Assembly (NCBI GenBank): GCA_049942775.1
Contig: CP188087.1
Span: 450,001 to 482,000 of the forward strand
Origin: Candidatus Saccharimonadota bacterium
GTDB lineage: Bacteria > Pseudomonadota > Gammaproteobacteria > Enterobacterales > Enterobacteriaceae
Length of the DNA stretch: 32,000 nt
Direction of reading: 5' to 3'
How positions within the stretch are numbered: the first letter of the stretch is position 1; each line of letters opens with the position of its first letter. The position numbers and the translations under genes were made by a program. The notes under the pieces were generated by a model, which saw only the letters and a list, made by a program, of their open reading frames with translations, did not search any database and had not been told where the DNA came from. Shown here piece after piece: positions 19,414 through 30,139 of the stretch.

Positions 19414-21519
19414 CTATTTTTTTTTATCATCAATAATATTTTTAGAAACAGTAATAGGTGCTTCTGAATATTTTAAAAATTCCATAGAATAAGAAGCTCG
19501 TCCTTGAGTTTGGGAACGCAAATCAGTAGCATACCCAAACATTTCAGATAAAGGTGTTTTAGCTTGAATTATTTTCCCAAATGAAGAATCAACCATACCC
19601 TCTATAATTCCCCTTCGTCGACTTAAATCTCCGATTACTTCACCCATATAATTTTCTGGAGTTTCTACTTCAACTTTCATAATAGGTTCTAATAAAACTG
19701 GATTTGCTTGCTTAAAAGCACTTTTAAAAGCAATAGAAGCAGCAATTTTAAACGCTAATTCCGAAGAATCTACATCATGATAAGATCCAAAAACCAAACG
19801 TACTCCAATATCAACTACAGGATATCCTGCCAATGGACCATTTTTTAATTGTTCTTGAATTCCTTTATCTACTGCCGGAATATATTCTCCAGGAATCACT
19901 CCGCCTTTTATTTCATTTAAAAAGATATAACCTTTACCACCAGGCTCTAATGGAAAAATATCAATCACAACATGTCCATACTGACCCCTACCACCAGATT
20001 GTTTAATATGTTTTCCTTCAACATTTTTTATATCATTTCTAATTGTTTCTCTATAAGAAACCTGGGGAGTTCCAATATTTGCTTCCACTCCAAATTCTCG
20101 TTTCATTCTATCTACAATAATTTCTAAATGTAATTCTCCCATTCCAGCTATTATTGTCTGATTAGATTCATGATCTACCCAAACTTTAAAAGAAGGATCT
20201 TCTCTAGCTAATCTAGTTAATGCATTTCCCATTTTTTCTTGATCTATTTTAGTTTTAGGTTCTACAGAAATAGAAATTACAGGATCAGGAAAATCCATTT
20301 TTTCTAAAACGATTTTATGATTTAAATCACATAAAGTATCTCCAGTACTTACATTTTTTAAACCAATTGCTGCTGCAATATCCCCAGCTCTAACTTCCTT
20401 TATTTCGTCTCGTTTGTTTGCATGCATTTGTACGATTCTTCCAAATCGTTCTTTATGTAATTTAACAGAATTAAAAACAGTATCTCCTGAACGCACAACT
20501 CCAGAATAAACTCTAAAAAAAGTAAGATTTCCTACAAACGGATCTGAAGCAATTTTAAAAGCAATAGCGGAAAATGGGTCATCATCCTCAGAATATCTAT
20601 TAGTATAATTGGAATCACCTGTAAATAACCCTTGTATAGATTTTACATCAATAGGAGATGGCAAATATTCAATAATTGCATCTAATAATGCTTGAACACC
20701 TTTATTTTTAAAAGCTGATCCACAAGTAATTAACATTATTTCGTTTTTTAAAGCTCTATTACGTAAAGCTAACTTAATTTCTTCTTCTTTTATAGTTTTC
20801 CCAGATAAATACTTCTCCATTATTTTTTCATCATTTTCTACAGCAGATTCAATCAAGTGTTCTCTCCAATAATTTGACAATTTTAATAAATTATTAGGGA
20901 TATTCTCATAAGTAAATGTCAATCCTTGATCATCATTATTCCAATTTATTGCCTTCATTTTTATTAAATCTATTATTCCAGAAAAGTTTTCTTCAGATCC
21001 AATAGCCAATTGTAATGGTACAGGTACAGTTCCTAAACGATTTTTAATCTGTTCTATGACTTTAAAAAAGTCAGCTCCCATACGATCCATTTTATTTATA
21101 AAAGCAATACGTGGAACATTATATTTATTCGCTTGTCTCCATACTGTTTCTGATTGTGGTTGAACTCCTCCTACTGCACAATAAACCATTACAACTCCGT
21201 CTAAAACACGCATGGAACGTTCAACTTCAATTGTAAAATCTACATGACCAGGAGTATCAATAATATTGATTCTATGAGGTGAAAATTGATTTGCCATTCC
21301 TGACCAAAAAGTAGTTGTAGCAGCTGAAGTTATCGTTATTCCTCTTTCTTGTTCTTGTTCCATCCAATCCATAGTAGCTGCTCCATCATGAACTTCACCA
21401 ATTTTATGATTAACACCTGTATAAAATAAAATCCTTTCTGTAGTTGTTGTTTTACCTGCATCAATATGGGCGCTAATTCCAATATTTCTGTAATTTATTA
21501 TGGGTGTTTTACGTGTCAT
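19414..21519 (-). CDS. fusA: Elongation factor G
   Basis: 701 aa. [26 protein letters not shown]...[25 protein letters not shown]...AFINKMDR aligns end-to-end with EF-G. Confidence 0.98.
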   Translation of the reverse strand: MTRKTPIINYRNIGISAHIDAGKTTTTERILFYTGVNHKIGEVHDGAATMDWMEQEQERGITITSAATTTFWSGMANQFSPHRINIIDTPGHVDFTIEVERSMRVLDGVVMVYCAVGGVQPQSETVWRQANKYNVPRIAFINKMDRMGADFFKVIEQIKNRLGTVPVPLQLAIGSEENFSGIIDLIKMKAINWNNDDQGLTFTYENIPNNLLKLSNYWREHLIESAVENDEKIMEKYLSGKTIKEEEIKLALRNRALKNEIMLITCGSAFKNKGVQALLDAIIEYLPSPIDVKSIQGLFTGDSNYTNRYSEDDDPFSAIAFKIASDPFVGNLTFFRVYSGVVRSGDTVFNSVKLHKERFGRIVQMHANKRDEIKEVRAGDIAAAIGLKNVSTGDTLCDLNHKIVLEKMDFPDPVISISVEPKTKIDQEKMGNALTRLAREDPSFKVWVDHESNQTIIAGMGELHLEIIVDRMKREFGVEANIGTPQVSYRETIRNDIKNVEGKHIKQSGGRGQYGHVVIDIFPLEPGGKGYIFLNEIKGGVIPGEYIPAVDKGIQEQLKNGPLAGYPVVDIGVRLVFGSYHDVDSSELAFKIAASIAFKSAFKQANPVLLEPIMKVEVETPENYMGEVIGDLSRRRGIIEGMVDSSFGKIIQAKTPLSEMFGYATDLRSQTQGRASYSMEFLKYSEAPITVSKNIIDDKKK

Positions 21520-21590
21520 TAATTTTCTGTTATTCCTAGTAAATACTTTTAATTAATTATTGTCTTTATTTATTGAAATATAAAAACATT

Positions 21591-22061
21591 TTACCATCTA
21601 TAATGAGCAAAAGCCTTATTTGCTTCAGCCATACGATGTACGTCTTCTTTTTTTTTGACAGCCATACCCTTATTTTCTAAAGCATCAAACAATTCTTTGA
21701 ATAGTCTTAAAGACATAGATTTGTCTGTTCTTTTCCTAGCTGATTCAATTATCCATCTCATAGCCAAAGCATTTCTACGAACAGATCTTACTTCTACTGG
21801 AACTTGATAAGTAGAACCACCAACTCTACGAGATTTTACTTCAACTGTAGGACGAACATTTTCAAGTGCAATTTCAAAACACTCTAATTCATTTTTCCCT
21901 AATTTGATCGATAAATCTTGTAAAGCACGATATACAATAAATTCTGAAATAGATTTTTTACCATCAACCATTAATATATTTATAAATTTAGCTAACAATT
22001 CTGATCCAAATTTAGGATCAGGTAAAATTTTTCTATTTCCAATTATACGACGACGTGGCAT
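21591..22061 (-). CDS. rpsG: 30S ribosomal protein S7
   Basis: The track ORF starts 4 codons upstream (22073), within ATGAGGTTTAATATG where GAGG serves as the Shine-Dalgarno sequence. By homology the start is [37 protein letters not shown], with ATG at 22059-22061. It ends ...[15 protein letters not shown] as in S7. Confidence 0.96.
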   Translation of the reverse strand: MPRRRIIGNRKILPDPKFGSELLAKFINILMVDGKKSISEFIVYRALQDLSIKLGKNELECFEIALENVRPTVEVKSRRVGGSTYQVPVEVRSVRRNALAMRWIIESARKRTDKSMSLRLFKELFDALENKGMAVKKKEDVHRMAEANKAFAHYRW

Positions 22062-22100
22062 ATTAAACCTCATTAATTATTAATAATTAGTTCTAAATAA

Positions 22101-22475
22101 CTATTTTTTAGACTTTTTTACTCCATATTTAGAACGACTATTTTTTCTATCTTTTACACCCGAACAATCTAATGCACCTCGAACTACATGATATCTAACT
22201 CCAGGTAAATCTTTAACCCTACCTCCTCTTATTAAAATTACCGAATGTTCTTGTAAATTGTGTCCTTCTCCACCAATATATGCAGTAACTTCAAAACCAT
22301 TTGTTAAACGAACACGACAGACTTTTCTTAAAGCTGAATTCGGTTTTTTTGGAGTTGTAGTATACACTCGCAAACAAACCCCTCTTTTTTGAGGACAACA
22401 AGACAAAGCAGGAACATTATTTTTTATGATTTTTTTTGAACGAGGAAAACGAACTAATTGATTTATTGTAGTCAT
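22101..22475 (-). CDS. rpsL: 30S ribosomal protein S12
   Basis: 124 aa. [63 protein letters not shown] is nearly identical to E. coli S12, with wild-type lysines in PKKPNSA and RVKDLPG. Confidence 0.98.
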   Translation of the reverse strand: MTTINQLVRFPRSKKIIKNNVPALSCCPQKRGVCLRVYTTTPKKPNSALRKVCRVRLTNGFEVTAYIGGEGHNLQEHSVILIRGGRVKDLPGVRYHVVRGALDCSGVKDRKNSRSKYGVKKSKK

Positions 22476-22542
22476 AAAACTCTCTAATTAAATTAATTTA
22501 AATTACTTATACATCTAAAATTTAAATAAAAAACAAAAATTT

Positions 22543-22827
22543 TTACCAACTTATATTTTTACTATAGTTTATTGTCATTCTTATAAAATAATCATAATTA
22601 ATTAAACAAAAATTAGGAGATAAAAATGAACTTAATCCTCTATTTTCTAAATCTTCATTTAAAACATATAAGTTATTAAGTTGAGTTGTTTTTTTGAAAA
22701 ATATGCTATTTTTTAATGCAATAATAACTCCATCTTGTACAGCTACTAAAGAATCATTATTTTTAAAATAACTAAATAATAAATCCATATTGCAAGAAAA
22801 AGGAGAGGAAATTAATATGTGTAACAT
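22543..22827 (-). CDS. tusB: tRNA 2-thiouridine sulfur relay protein TusB (DsrH family)
   Basis: 94 aa. MLHIL.SSP...........L...D.L...QDGV.....N.......T....LYVLNEDLENRGL...........I.Y..F.R.T.......W parallels E. coli TusB (MLHTLHRSPW...LLLLQDGV...VYALNEDLIARGL...IDYTDFVRLT...MAW). It sits upstream of rpsL as in E. coli. Confidence 0.88.
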   Translation of the reverse strand: MLHILISSPFSCNMDLLFSYFKNNDSLVAVQDGVIIALKNSIFFKKTTQLNNLYVLNEDLENRGLSSFLSPNFCLINYDYFIRMTINYSKNISW

Positions 22828-22836
22828 TTAAAGTTC

Positions 22837-23196
22837 CTAAAAATTTAAAATTAAATCATAAGAATCTATTTTTTCTCTCATTTTATTAGGATCTAAAACA
22901 ACAACATCTATAAAAAAAACTTTTTGAATATTAATATCTCTATCTAACAAAGATTTCTTACAAACATAAAATTTTTTAATCCCATAAGTAACTAATATTA
23001 AAAAGTAAGCAGGATAATTACGAGAAAAAATTTTTTCTGAATTTTTAAAATTTAGTATTTGTAATATTCCATCACCAACGAAAAATATTCCTATATTATC
23101 CTGTATTGTTGAAGCAGTTAATACTACATTTAATCCTTCAATTCCAATATTACTTCCATGAATAGATCGACTGATTATAAAAGCTATGGATTTCAT
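22837..23196 (-). CDS. tusC: tRNA 2-thiouridine sulfur relay protein TusC (DsrF family)
   Basis: 119 aa. MKSIAFIISRSIHGSNIGIEGLNVVLTAS....NIGIFFVGDGILQIL...FYVCKKSLLDR......YDLILNF parallels E. coli TusC ([63 protein letters not shown]). Confidence 0.88.
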   Translation of the reverse strand: MKSIAFIISRSIHGSNIGIEGLNVVLTASTIQDNIGIFFVGDGILQILNFKNSEKIFSRNYPAYFLILVTYGIKKFYVCKKSLLDRDINIQKVFFIDVVVLDPNKMREKIDSYDLILNF

Positions 23197-23271
23197 TTTA
23201 TGAATAATAATATAAAAAAAATTTAGAATATAATTATCAACAATCGATATAAAAATTAAAAAGATAAACCT

Positions 23272-23658
23272 CTAAAATTTTATGACTCTATCAGACTGTT
23301 GAATAGAAAAAAATAACTGTGTTAATCCTGTTAATTTAAATCCTTCTGCTAAATTACTATCCTTGAAACCATTATATTTAGCTTGTTCTACATTAACAAT
23401 TCCTCTTTTTAAAGCATCATTTATACAAACATACAAAGGAACTTGGTTTTTTAAACCAAAATCACTCCAAGCATTGATTAAATTATTTTCATTAATATTT
23501 GAAAAAATCAATTTATTAGCATGGAAAACTCCATTACTTTTAAAAAAAATACTTACAATTTTAAAACCTGCAGAAATAATAGTACTAGAAAATAAAAACG
23601 CGGTTGTAGATCTTTGATTTTCAAAAAATACATCCGAAACTATAATTGTATATTTCAT
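23272..23658 (-). CDS. tusD: tRNA 2-thiouridine sulfur relay protein TusD (DsrE family)
   Basis: 128 aa. MKYTIIVS.......STTAF.FS...I..G.KI.SIFF...GV.HAN.L.........L..AW......VPLYVCINDALKRGIV...........L..GF.LTGL.......Q.DRVIKF parallels E. coli TusD (..NICVAAALRRGVV..QQGFTLSGLG..CDRVVQF). The cysteine in the position of the TusD active-site Cys is retained (YVCIN). Confidence 0.88.
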   Translation of the reverse strand: MKYTIIVSDVFFENQRSTTAFLFSSTIISAGFKIVSIFFKSNGVFHANKLIFSNINENNLINAWSDFGLKNQVPLYVCINDALKRGIVNVEQAKYNGFKDSNLAEGFKLTGLTQLFFSIQQSDRVIKF

Positions 23659-23815
23659 AAATATAACTTAAACAAACAAAAAACAGGTATTTCTTTTATA
23701 CAAATTATATTACTAATAATTTTATTTATAAACAATTAAGAACATAATTTAATAAAAAATAAATTTAATATTTAAAATATCAATGTATTTTTCTTTTTTA
23801 AAAAAAATAAAAAAA

Positions 23816-25033
23816 CTAGATATTTTTTAAAACTTTATATAAACGAAACATTCCTTCCTCAATGTCTTTATCATTTATATTCAAAGGAGGCAATAATCTA
23901 ATTACATTCTTTCCAGCTTTTAATATTAAAAGACCTTCTTTTGCAGATAATAAAATTATTTCATTAATTTTACTTTTATACTGATTTTTTAAATCCATTC
24001 CTAATAATAAACCTTTTCCTCGAATTTCATTAAACATATTTATTCTTCGATTTATTTTTAAGAACTCTTTTATAAAAACTTTATTTTTCTGTCTGACATT
24101 TAATAAAAATTTTTTAGAATTAATTATCTTTAAAGATGTTTCTGCTACGGCACAAGATAACGGATTTCCACCATAAGTACTGCCGTGAATACCAATTTCT
24201 ACTACTTCAGAAATTTTTTTATTTACTAATGTAGCACCAATAGGAAATCCAGAACCTAAGGCTTTTGCTAATGTAATAATGTCAGGTTCTATATTATAAT
24301 GTTCATAACAATATAATTTTCCAGTTCTACCCATTCCTGTTTGTACTTCGTCAACTATTAGTAATACTTGATATTTGTTACATACATTTCTTAGTTCCTG
24401 CATAAAATCTATTTTCGCAGGTATAACTCCACCTTCTCCTTGTATCGGTTCTACTATGACTGCACAAGTATTATAATCAATTACAGATCGCATAGCTTTA
24501 ATATCATTGTATGGAATATGAAAAATTTTAGATGGCTTAGGACCAAATCCATCTGAATACTTAAATTGTCCGCCTACACATACTGTAAAAAATGTCCTAC
24601 CATGAAAAGAGTTAAAAAAAGAAATAATTTTATTTTTATAACATCCATATATGCTATTTGAATAATACCTAGCTAATTTTAAAGCAGCTTCATTTGCTTC
24701 AGCTCCTGAATTAGAAAAAAAAACTCTAGAAGAAAAATTAGTTGTACTAGTTAATCTTTTTGCGAGTTTAATAGCTGGCTCATTAACAAATAAGTTGCTT
24801 ACATGCCATAATTTTTTACTTTGTGATACTAAGGATTTCTCAACTAAACGGTTACAATGACCTAATGAAGTTACTCCAATTCCACTAGAAAAATCAATAT
24901 ATTCTTTTCCTAACTGATCAAAAATTCTGCTTCCTCTACCATATATAGGAACAACTGAAGATGGAGAATAAAAAGGAATAATTAACTTCTTAAATATTTT
25001 TTTATCAATTTTTTTTATTTCTTTTCCAATCAT
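23816..25033 (-). CDS. argD: Acetylornithine/succinyldiaminopimelate aminotransferase
   Basis: GSRIFDQLGKEYIDFSSGIGVTSLGHC, FFSNSGAEANEAALKLAR, FHGRTFFTV.VGGQ.KYSDGFGPKP, VIVEPIQGEGGV, LIVDEVQTGMGRTGKL, LAKALG.GFPIGA and HGSTYGGNPL align with E. coli ArgD. The ORF has two candidate ATGs, at 25048 and 25033. I prefer 25033 because AGGG lies 6 nt upstream and the N-terminal length is closer to E. coli. Confidence 0.92.
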   Translation of the reverse strand: MIGKEIKKIDKKIFKKLIIPFYSPSSVVPIYGRGSRIFDQLGKEYIDFSSGIGVTSLGHCNRLVEKSLVSQSKKLWHVSNLFVNEPAIKLAKRLTSTTNFSSRVFFSNSGAEANEAALKLARYYSNSIYGCYKNKIISFFNSFHGRTFFTVCVGGQFKYSDGFGPKPSKIFHIPYNDIKAMRSVIDYNTCAVIVEPIQGEGGVIPAKIDFMQELRNVCNKYQVLLIVDEVQTGMGRTGKLYCYEHYNIEPDIITLAKALGSGFPIGATLVNKKISEVVEIGIHGSTYGGNPLSCAVAETSLKIINSKKFLLNVRQKNKVFIKEFLKINRRINMFNEIRGKGLLLGMDLKNQYKSKINEIILLSAKEGLLILKAGKNVIRLLPPLNINDKDIEEGMFRLYKVLKNI

Positions 25034-25216
25034 AAAACACCCTATCATTAAAAACTACAAAAATGTTATATTTAAAATATACAAAATATAAAAATATTTA
25101 TTTTTTTGATTTATTAAATTAATTTAGATTCAAAATAATTAAAAAAATGTTTTAAAAACAATTAACTATTAAAAAAAAAATTTTTTAAATATTTTTTATT
25201 ACTTAATGGAAAAATA

Positions 25217-26395
25217 ATGACAAATAACAAAATATACCTAACAGGAATCAGTTTTTTATCCTATTCAATTACTGGAGCTTTAATTACAGTTACAGGAATC
25301 ATGATGGAAAACATTGCAAAATATTTTAATATTTCAATTTCACATATAAGTCATATCTTTACATTTTTAAACTTTGGAATTTTAATTTCAATTTTTTTAA
25401 ATACATGGTTGATAAAAACAATATCAATGAAAAACCAATTACAGTTAGGATTTGTATTAATGACAATGTCTATAGGAGGTTTAATTTATGGTAGAAATTT
25501 AATCGTATTTTCAATCAGTATATTTTTTATGGGAATAGTTAGCGGTATTACTATGTCAATAGGAACTTTATTAATTACATATCTTTATCAAGGGCAAAAA
25601 AGAGCCTCTATTCTACTTATTACCGATTCATTTTTTAGTTTATCAGGAACTTTATTTCCAATAATAGCTTCATTTTTAATATCAATAAAAAAACCATGGT
25701 ATTATATATATATAATTATTGATATTATTTATCTAATAATATTTATATTAAGTTTAATAACAAAATTTCCAATTTTTTCAAATACAATCAAAAAAAAAAT
25801 AAAAGAAAAAGAACATTTACATCTAAAAACAAAAATTTGTTTAATACTATTATCAATTTCATCTACAATATATATATTAGGACAACTTAGTTTTATTTCT
25901 TGGATACCAGAATATATACATAAAATTATTAAACTAAATTCTATTAAATTGTCAGGAAAACTAGTTAGTAATTTTTGGATGTCTTATATGATAGGGATGT
26001 GGTTTTTTAGTTTTGTGCTAAAATCTTTTGATTTACAAAAAATTTTATCTATATTATCAGGAATATCTACAATAATAATGTTTTGTTTTCTTCACACTAA
26101 AAAAATCATAATTCTGAAATGTACAATAATAATTTTAGGTTTTTTTTCCAGTGCTATTTATACAATAATAATATCTTTAGCATCGTTACAAATTAAAAAA
26201 TTATCTCCTAAAATTATTAGTTTAATCTTGACATGTGGTACGATTGGTTCAATGTTAACATTTATTTTTACTGGATACATAATAAATAAACAAGGAATTA
26301 TTACTTCCCTTTTAGTTTCTAATTTTCTATATTCTATTGTTTTTATTATTAGTATTATTTTATTTTTTTTTACTTGTCATAAAAAGAATAGCTAA
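25217..26395 (+). CDS. tsgA: MFS-family membrane protein TsgA homologue
   Basis: 392 aa and highly hydrophobic. MTNNKIYLTGISFLSYSITGALITVTGIMMENIAKYFN...FTFLNFGILISIFLNTWL...TDSFFSLSG..FP...GQLSFISWIPEY...VSNFWMSYMIGMW.FSF.L..FDLQ.IL...GFFSSAIYT.II.L....LTCGTIGSMLTF parallels E. coli TsgA throughout, from memory. Confidence 0.85.
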   Translation: MTNNKIYLTGISFLSYSITGALITVTGIMMENIAKYFNISISHISHIFTFLNFGILISIFLNTWLIKTISMKNQLQLGFVLMTMSIGGLIYGRNLIVFSISIFFMGIVSGITMSIGTLLITYLYQGQKRASILLITDSFFSLSGTLFPIIASFLISIKKPWYYIYIIIDIIYLIIFILSLITKFPIFSNTIKKKIKEKEHLHLKTKICLILLSISSTIYILGQLSFISWIPEYIHKIIKLNSIKLSGKLVSNFWMSYMIGMWFFSFVLKSFDLQKILSILSGISTIIMFCFLHTKKIIILKCTIIILGFFSSAIYTIIISLASLQIKKLSPKIISLILTCGTIGSMLTFIFTGYIINKQGIITSLLVSNFLYSIVFIISIILFFFTCHKKNS

Positions 26396-26447
26396 TTTCT
26401 ATTAATAAAAATTTTTTAAAACTATTATTACGATTTTTGTTAATAAT

Positions 26448-27464
26448 TTAATAATTGTAGTAGTAGTTAAATAATCCAATTGATTTGTTTACTAAAGAAA
26501 TAGTTTTTTGTGCTTTGATTCTTGCTTTTTTAGCTCCAGAAATAGCAACTTCATATAAATAATCTTCATTTTTTCTAAAATCAAAAAATCTTTTTTGAAA
26601 CAAAAATAATTTTTCAATAATAATTTCAGCTACCTCTTCTTTAAATTTCTTATAAGTAACATATTCATATTTAATTTCTAAATCTTTAATTTTAATTTTC
26701 GTTAATAATGACATTATATTTAATAAATTAGATATTCCCGATTTATTAGATTTATCATAATAAATTGTACAAGGTCGTTCAGAATCAGTAACTGAATTTT
26801 TAATTTTTTTAAATATAGAATCTCTGTTTTCTAGCAAAAAAATAGTATTTTTTACGTTTAAATCTGATTTAGACATTTTTTTATTTGGGTTTAATAGAGA
26901 CATTATTTTTATGTTGGATTGAAAATTAATAGAACTGGGAGCAATAAATATGTTTCCATATAAAGAATTAAAACGATAAACAATTTTATTAATAAGTTCT
27001 AAATGCTGTTTTTGATCTTCTCCAATTAAAATTTTATTTGATTTATACAATAAAACATCTGATGCCATTAAAATTGGATAATTTAATAATCCGGAATTAA
27101 TACAATTTTTATTTTTTAAAGATTTTTCTTTGAATTGAACCATTCTATTCAATTCTCCAACATACGAATAACAATTTAAAATCCAATTTAAATAAACATG
27201 TTCGTAAACAGACGATTGAACAAAAATTGTGCTTTTGTCAGGATTTGCACCTGATGCTAAATAAAAAGCCAATGTATCTAAAATTGATTTCTTTAGTTTC
27301 ACAGGATCATTACGAATTGTAATTGCATGTAAATCAGCAATACAAAAAAAGCAAAAATAATCATTTTGAACTTCTTTAATGTTTGATAATACTGAAGTAT
27401 AATTTCCTAAAGTCATCAATCCAGTTGGTTGCATAGCTGTAAACAAAGTTTTTTTTACATTCAT
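26448..27464 (-). CDS. trpS: Tryptophan--tRNA ligase
   Basis: 338 aa. QPTG.MTLGNY, DY.CFFCIADLHAIT.RNDP.KL, STIFVQS.V.EH..L.W.LNCY.Y.GEL.RM.QFKEKS, GEDQKQHLEL and the KMSKS motif align with E. coli TrpRS. Confidence 0.95.
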   Translation of the reverse strand: MNVKKTLFTAMQPTGLMTLGNYTSVLSNIKEVQNDYFCFFCIADLHAITIRNDPVKLKKSILDTLAFYLASGANPDKSTIFVQSSVYEHVYLNWILNCYSYVGELNRMVQFKEKSLKNKNCINSGLLNYPILMASDVLLYKSNKILIGEDQKQHLELINKIVYRFNSLYGNIFIAPSSINFQSNIKIMSLLNPNKKMSKSDLNVKNTIFLLENRDSIFKKIKNSVTDSERPCTIYYDKSNKSGISNLLNIMSLLTKIKIKDLEIKYEYVTYKKFKEEVAEIIIEKLFLFQKRFFDFRKNEDYLYEVAISGAKKARIKAQKTISLVNKSIGLFNYYYNY

Positions 27465-27516
27465 CTTTTATTCCATAAATATAAAATTTTTTTTTAAATA
27501 AAATTTTCAAAAAAAA

Positions 27517-28206
27517 TCAAATTTTATTATTAAAAATTGAATTTTTTTTTAATTCTTTTCTCATAGAATCAATTACTAATTTATAATTCTCAGAACCAAA
27601 TAAAGATGATCCAATAATAAAAAAATCAGCTCCATATTTAGCAATTTTACCTATATTATCTATTTTTATACCACCATCTACTGCTAGCAATACATTTAAT
27701 TTGTTTTTATCAATTAATTTTCTAACAGAACTAATTTTATTTAAAGTAAATGGTATAAATTTTTGTCCACTAAAACCAGGATTAACAGACATCAAGAGAA
27801 CAATATCTAATTTGTCTAAAGTATAATCAAGGTAATGCAATGAAGTGGTCGGATTAAAACTTAATCCTACCTTACAACCATATCCTTTAATTAAATTTAT
27901 CGTATAATCCAAATGATTAGTAGCTTCAGGATGAAAAGTAATAAAGGTAGCTCCTGCATTAGCAAACATAGGTATAAATTTATCAACTGGACAGGTCATT
28001 AAATGTACATCAATTGGAACATTTTTATTAAAATTACGAATTGATTTTAAAATATCAGGTCCAAAAGTTAAATTTTTTACATAATGTCCATCCATAACAT
28101 CAAAATGAATGACATCTCCTCCAGAAGACAACGATTCATTTATTTCTTTTCCTAATTTCATGAAATCAGCAGATAAAATTGAAGGAGCTAAAAAATAGTT
28201 TTTCAT
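27517..28206 (-). CDS. rpe: Ribulose-phosphate 3-epimerase
   Basis: 229 aa. APSILSADF..LG.E.........IHFDVMDGHYV.NLTFGP, DVHLM, ITFH.EA, L.FNP.T, VLLMSVNPGFSGQKFIP and VDGG are Rpe signatures. Confidence 0.95.
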   Translation of the reverse strand: MKNYFLAPSILSADFMKLGKEINESLSSGGDVIHFDVMDGHYVKNLTFGPDILKSIRNFNKNVPIDVHLMTCPVDKFIPMFANAGATFITFHPEATNHLDYTINLIKGYGCKVGLSFNPTTSLHYLDYTLDKLDIVLLMSVNPGFSGQKFIPFTLNKISSVRKLIDKNKLNVLLAVDGGIKIDNIGKIAKYGADFFIIGSSLFGSENYKLVIDSMRKELKKNSIFNNKI

Positions 28207-28299
28207 TTTTTTCTCTTAACTCAATTTAAATTAAAACATAACACAGTTAAATTATTTAATTTAATAAAATTCAAAACAAATAACTTATATAAAAATAAT

Positions 28300-28324
28300 T
28301 TTTCTATAAATATTTTATAGAAAA
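28300..28324. repeat. Perfect 25-nt palindrome (11-bp arms, 3-nt centre) in the aroB-rpe spacer
   Basis: TTTTCTATAAA-TAT-TTTATAGAAAA, read directly. It contains one G/C pair. On the minus strand it lies 157 nt downstream of the aroB stop and 94 nt upstream of the rpe ATG. It could be a weak hairpin or a chance AT-rich palindrome. Confidence 0.5.
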
Positions 28325-28480
28325 GGCGCAACAAAAAGTTTATAAAAAAAATTATAAATATTAATTTCAGTTGGAATTGACACCTTTTCATTTTAATAAG
28401 TTTTTTATATTAAAAAATACCTTAAAAGTTTTTTAAAATTATTAAAAAATTTTAATGTTCTATTTTTAGAAAAAACGATT

Positions 28481-29563
28481 TTATTGACAATCTTTAATAG
28501 CTGATAAAATTATATTTTTGTCAACTCCTGATTGAACTTTAGCTTTTCCTATTGCAATAGGCAAAATTAATCTTACTGTTCCTAAAATAACTTTTTTATC
28601 TCTCATGATATATGGAAGATAAGAAGAAGGTGGCATATTTTTAGGTCCTTTAGTCGGCAAACCTACTCTGTTTAACAAATTAACTATTCTTTTCATATCA
28701 TCTTTCTTTAATAATCCTAAAATTTCAGAAGTACGAGCAGCCATGACTATTCCAACAGATACAGCTTCTCCATGTAACCAATTTCCATATCCAGAATGAG
28801 ATTCAATTGCATGCCCATAAGTGTGTCCTAAATTTAATAAAGCTCTAATGTTTGATTCTCTTTCGTCTAAAGAAATAATATGAGATTTAATTTCACAACA
28901 TCTTTTAATACAATAAGTAATTTCTTTTTCTCTTAACAATAATAGAGAATGTAAATTCTCTTCTATCCAAGTAAAAAATGTTTTATCAAATATAATTGCA
29001 TATTTAATAGTTTCTGATAAACCCGAAATTAACTCTGAAGTAGATAAAGTTTTCAAAAAATCTAGATTGATAATAACAGAAGATGGTTGCCAAAATGTTC
29101 CGATCATATTTTTTCCTAAAATATGATTTACTCCAGTTTTTCCTCCTACTGAAGCATCTACTTGAGATAAAAATGTAGTTGGTATTTGAATAAAACGAAT
29201 ACCTCTTTGATAAATAGAAGCAGAAAATCCAGTTATATCTCCTATAACTCCTCCACCAAGCGCTATTAAAGTGGTATCTCTACCATGTTGATTTTCTAGA
29301 AGAGCAGATATTATTACTTCCATTTCATTTATAGTTTTATATTGTTCACCATCTGATAAAATTACTTGATCTACTTTTATCCCAGACCTTCTTAATTGAT
29401 ATAAAACTTTATCCTTCCATAAATTAGCTAATGTTTTATTTGTAACAAGCATAGCTTGTTCGCCTGATTTTAAAGGAAAAAAAATCCCATCTGTTTCAAA
29501 CACATTAGATCCAATAATAATTGGATATGTTCTTTTTTTTAAAATTACGTTAATCTTTTCCAC
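28481..29563 (-). CDS. aroB: 3-dehydroquinate synthase (GTG start)
   Basis: 360 aa. [19 protein letters not shown]...[15 protein letters not shown]...DGEQYK....[62 protein letters not shown]...LDFLKTL...E..SGL.E.IKY...LLNLGHT.GHAIE...[20 protein letters not shown] aligns from residue 1 with E. coli AroB. The start codon at 29561-29563 is GTG. Confidence 0.95.
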   Translation of the reverse strand: MEKINVILKKRTYPIIIGSNVFETDGIFFPLKSGEQAMLVTNKTLANLWKDKVLYQLRRSGIKVDQVILSDGEQYKTINEMEVIISALLENQHGRDTTLIALGGGVIGDITGFSASIYQRGIRFIQIPTTFLSQVDASVGGKTGVNHILGKNMIGTFWQPSSVIINLDFLKTLSTSELISGLSETIKYAIIFDKTFFTWIEENLHSLLLLREKEITYCIKRCCEIKSHIISLDERESNIRALLNLGHTYGHAIESHSGYGNWLHGEAVSVGIVMAARTSEILGLLKKDDMKRIVNLLNRVGLPTKGPKNMPPSSYLPYIMRDKKVILGTVRLILPIAIGKAKVQSGVDKNIILSAIKDCQ

Positions 29564-29608
29564 AATAATTTCTATTACACCTATTGTATTTTACTATATA
29601 AAATATGA

Positions 29609-30139
29609 TTATTTTTTATCTAGAGACTGAACAATAAAATATGCAACAGATCTAGCACTTTTATAATCTGTACTAATCGTCATATCTGCAATTTCCTCAT
29701 ACCATGGATTTCTCGAAATTGCTAAGTTTTCTAAAATAGTTTGTATGGAATCAGAACTATTTATTTTGTGCAATAAAGGTCTTTTTTTATCTTTTTGAGT
29801 TCGTATTAGTTGTTTTTCAATACTAGTTTTCAAATATACTACAATTCCTCTTCCAGAAAGAAAATTTCTAGATTCTTTTTGTATAATTGATCCTCCACCA
29901 GTTGCAAGTACAATTCCTTGCTTTTTTGTCAATTCATTAATGATTTTTTTTTCTCTCTCCCGAAATCCAACTTCTCCTTCTAAGTCAAATACCCAACTAA
30001 TGTCAACTCCTGTACGATTTTCAATCTCTTGATCAGAATCATAAAAATCCATATTTAATTGTTGTGCTAAATAACGACCAATAGTACTTTTACCAGCACC
30101 CATAGGTCCAATTAAAAAAATATTTCTTTTTTCTGCCAT
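29609..30139 (-). CDS. aroK: Shikimate kinase 1
   Basis: 176 aa. [58 protein letters not shown]....[10 protein letters not shown] aligns with AroK. It lies directly upstream of aroB as in E. coli. Confidence 0.95.
   Translation of the reverse strand: MAEKRNIFLIGPMGAGKSTIGRYLAQQLNMDFYDSDQEIENRTGVDISWVFDLEGEVGFREREKKIINELTKKQGIVLATGGGSIIQKESRNFLSGRGIVVYLKTSIEKQLIRTQKDKKRPLLHKINSSDSIQTILENLAISRNPWYEEIADMTISTDYKSARSVAYFIVQSLDKK

Noticed and set aside
28377-28382. A perfect TTGACA -35 hexamer on the plus strand in the aroB-rpe spacer.
   Set aside because: No acceptable -10 lies at 16-19 nt (the nearest, TATATT, is 23 nt away). A plus-strand transcript from here would only run antisense into aroB.
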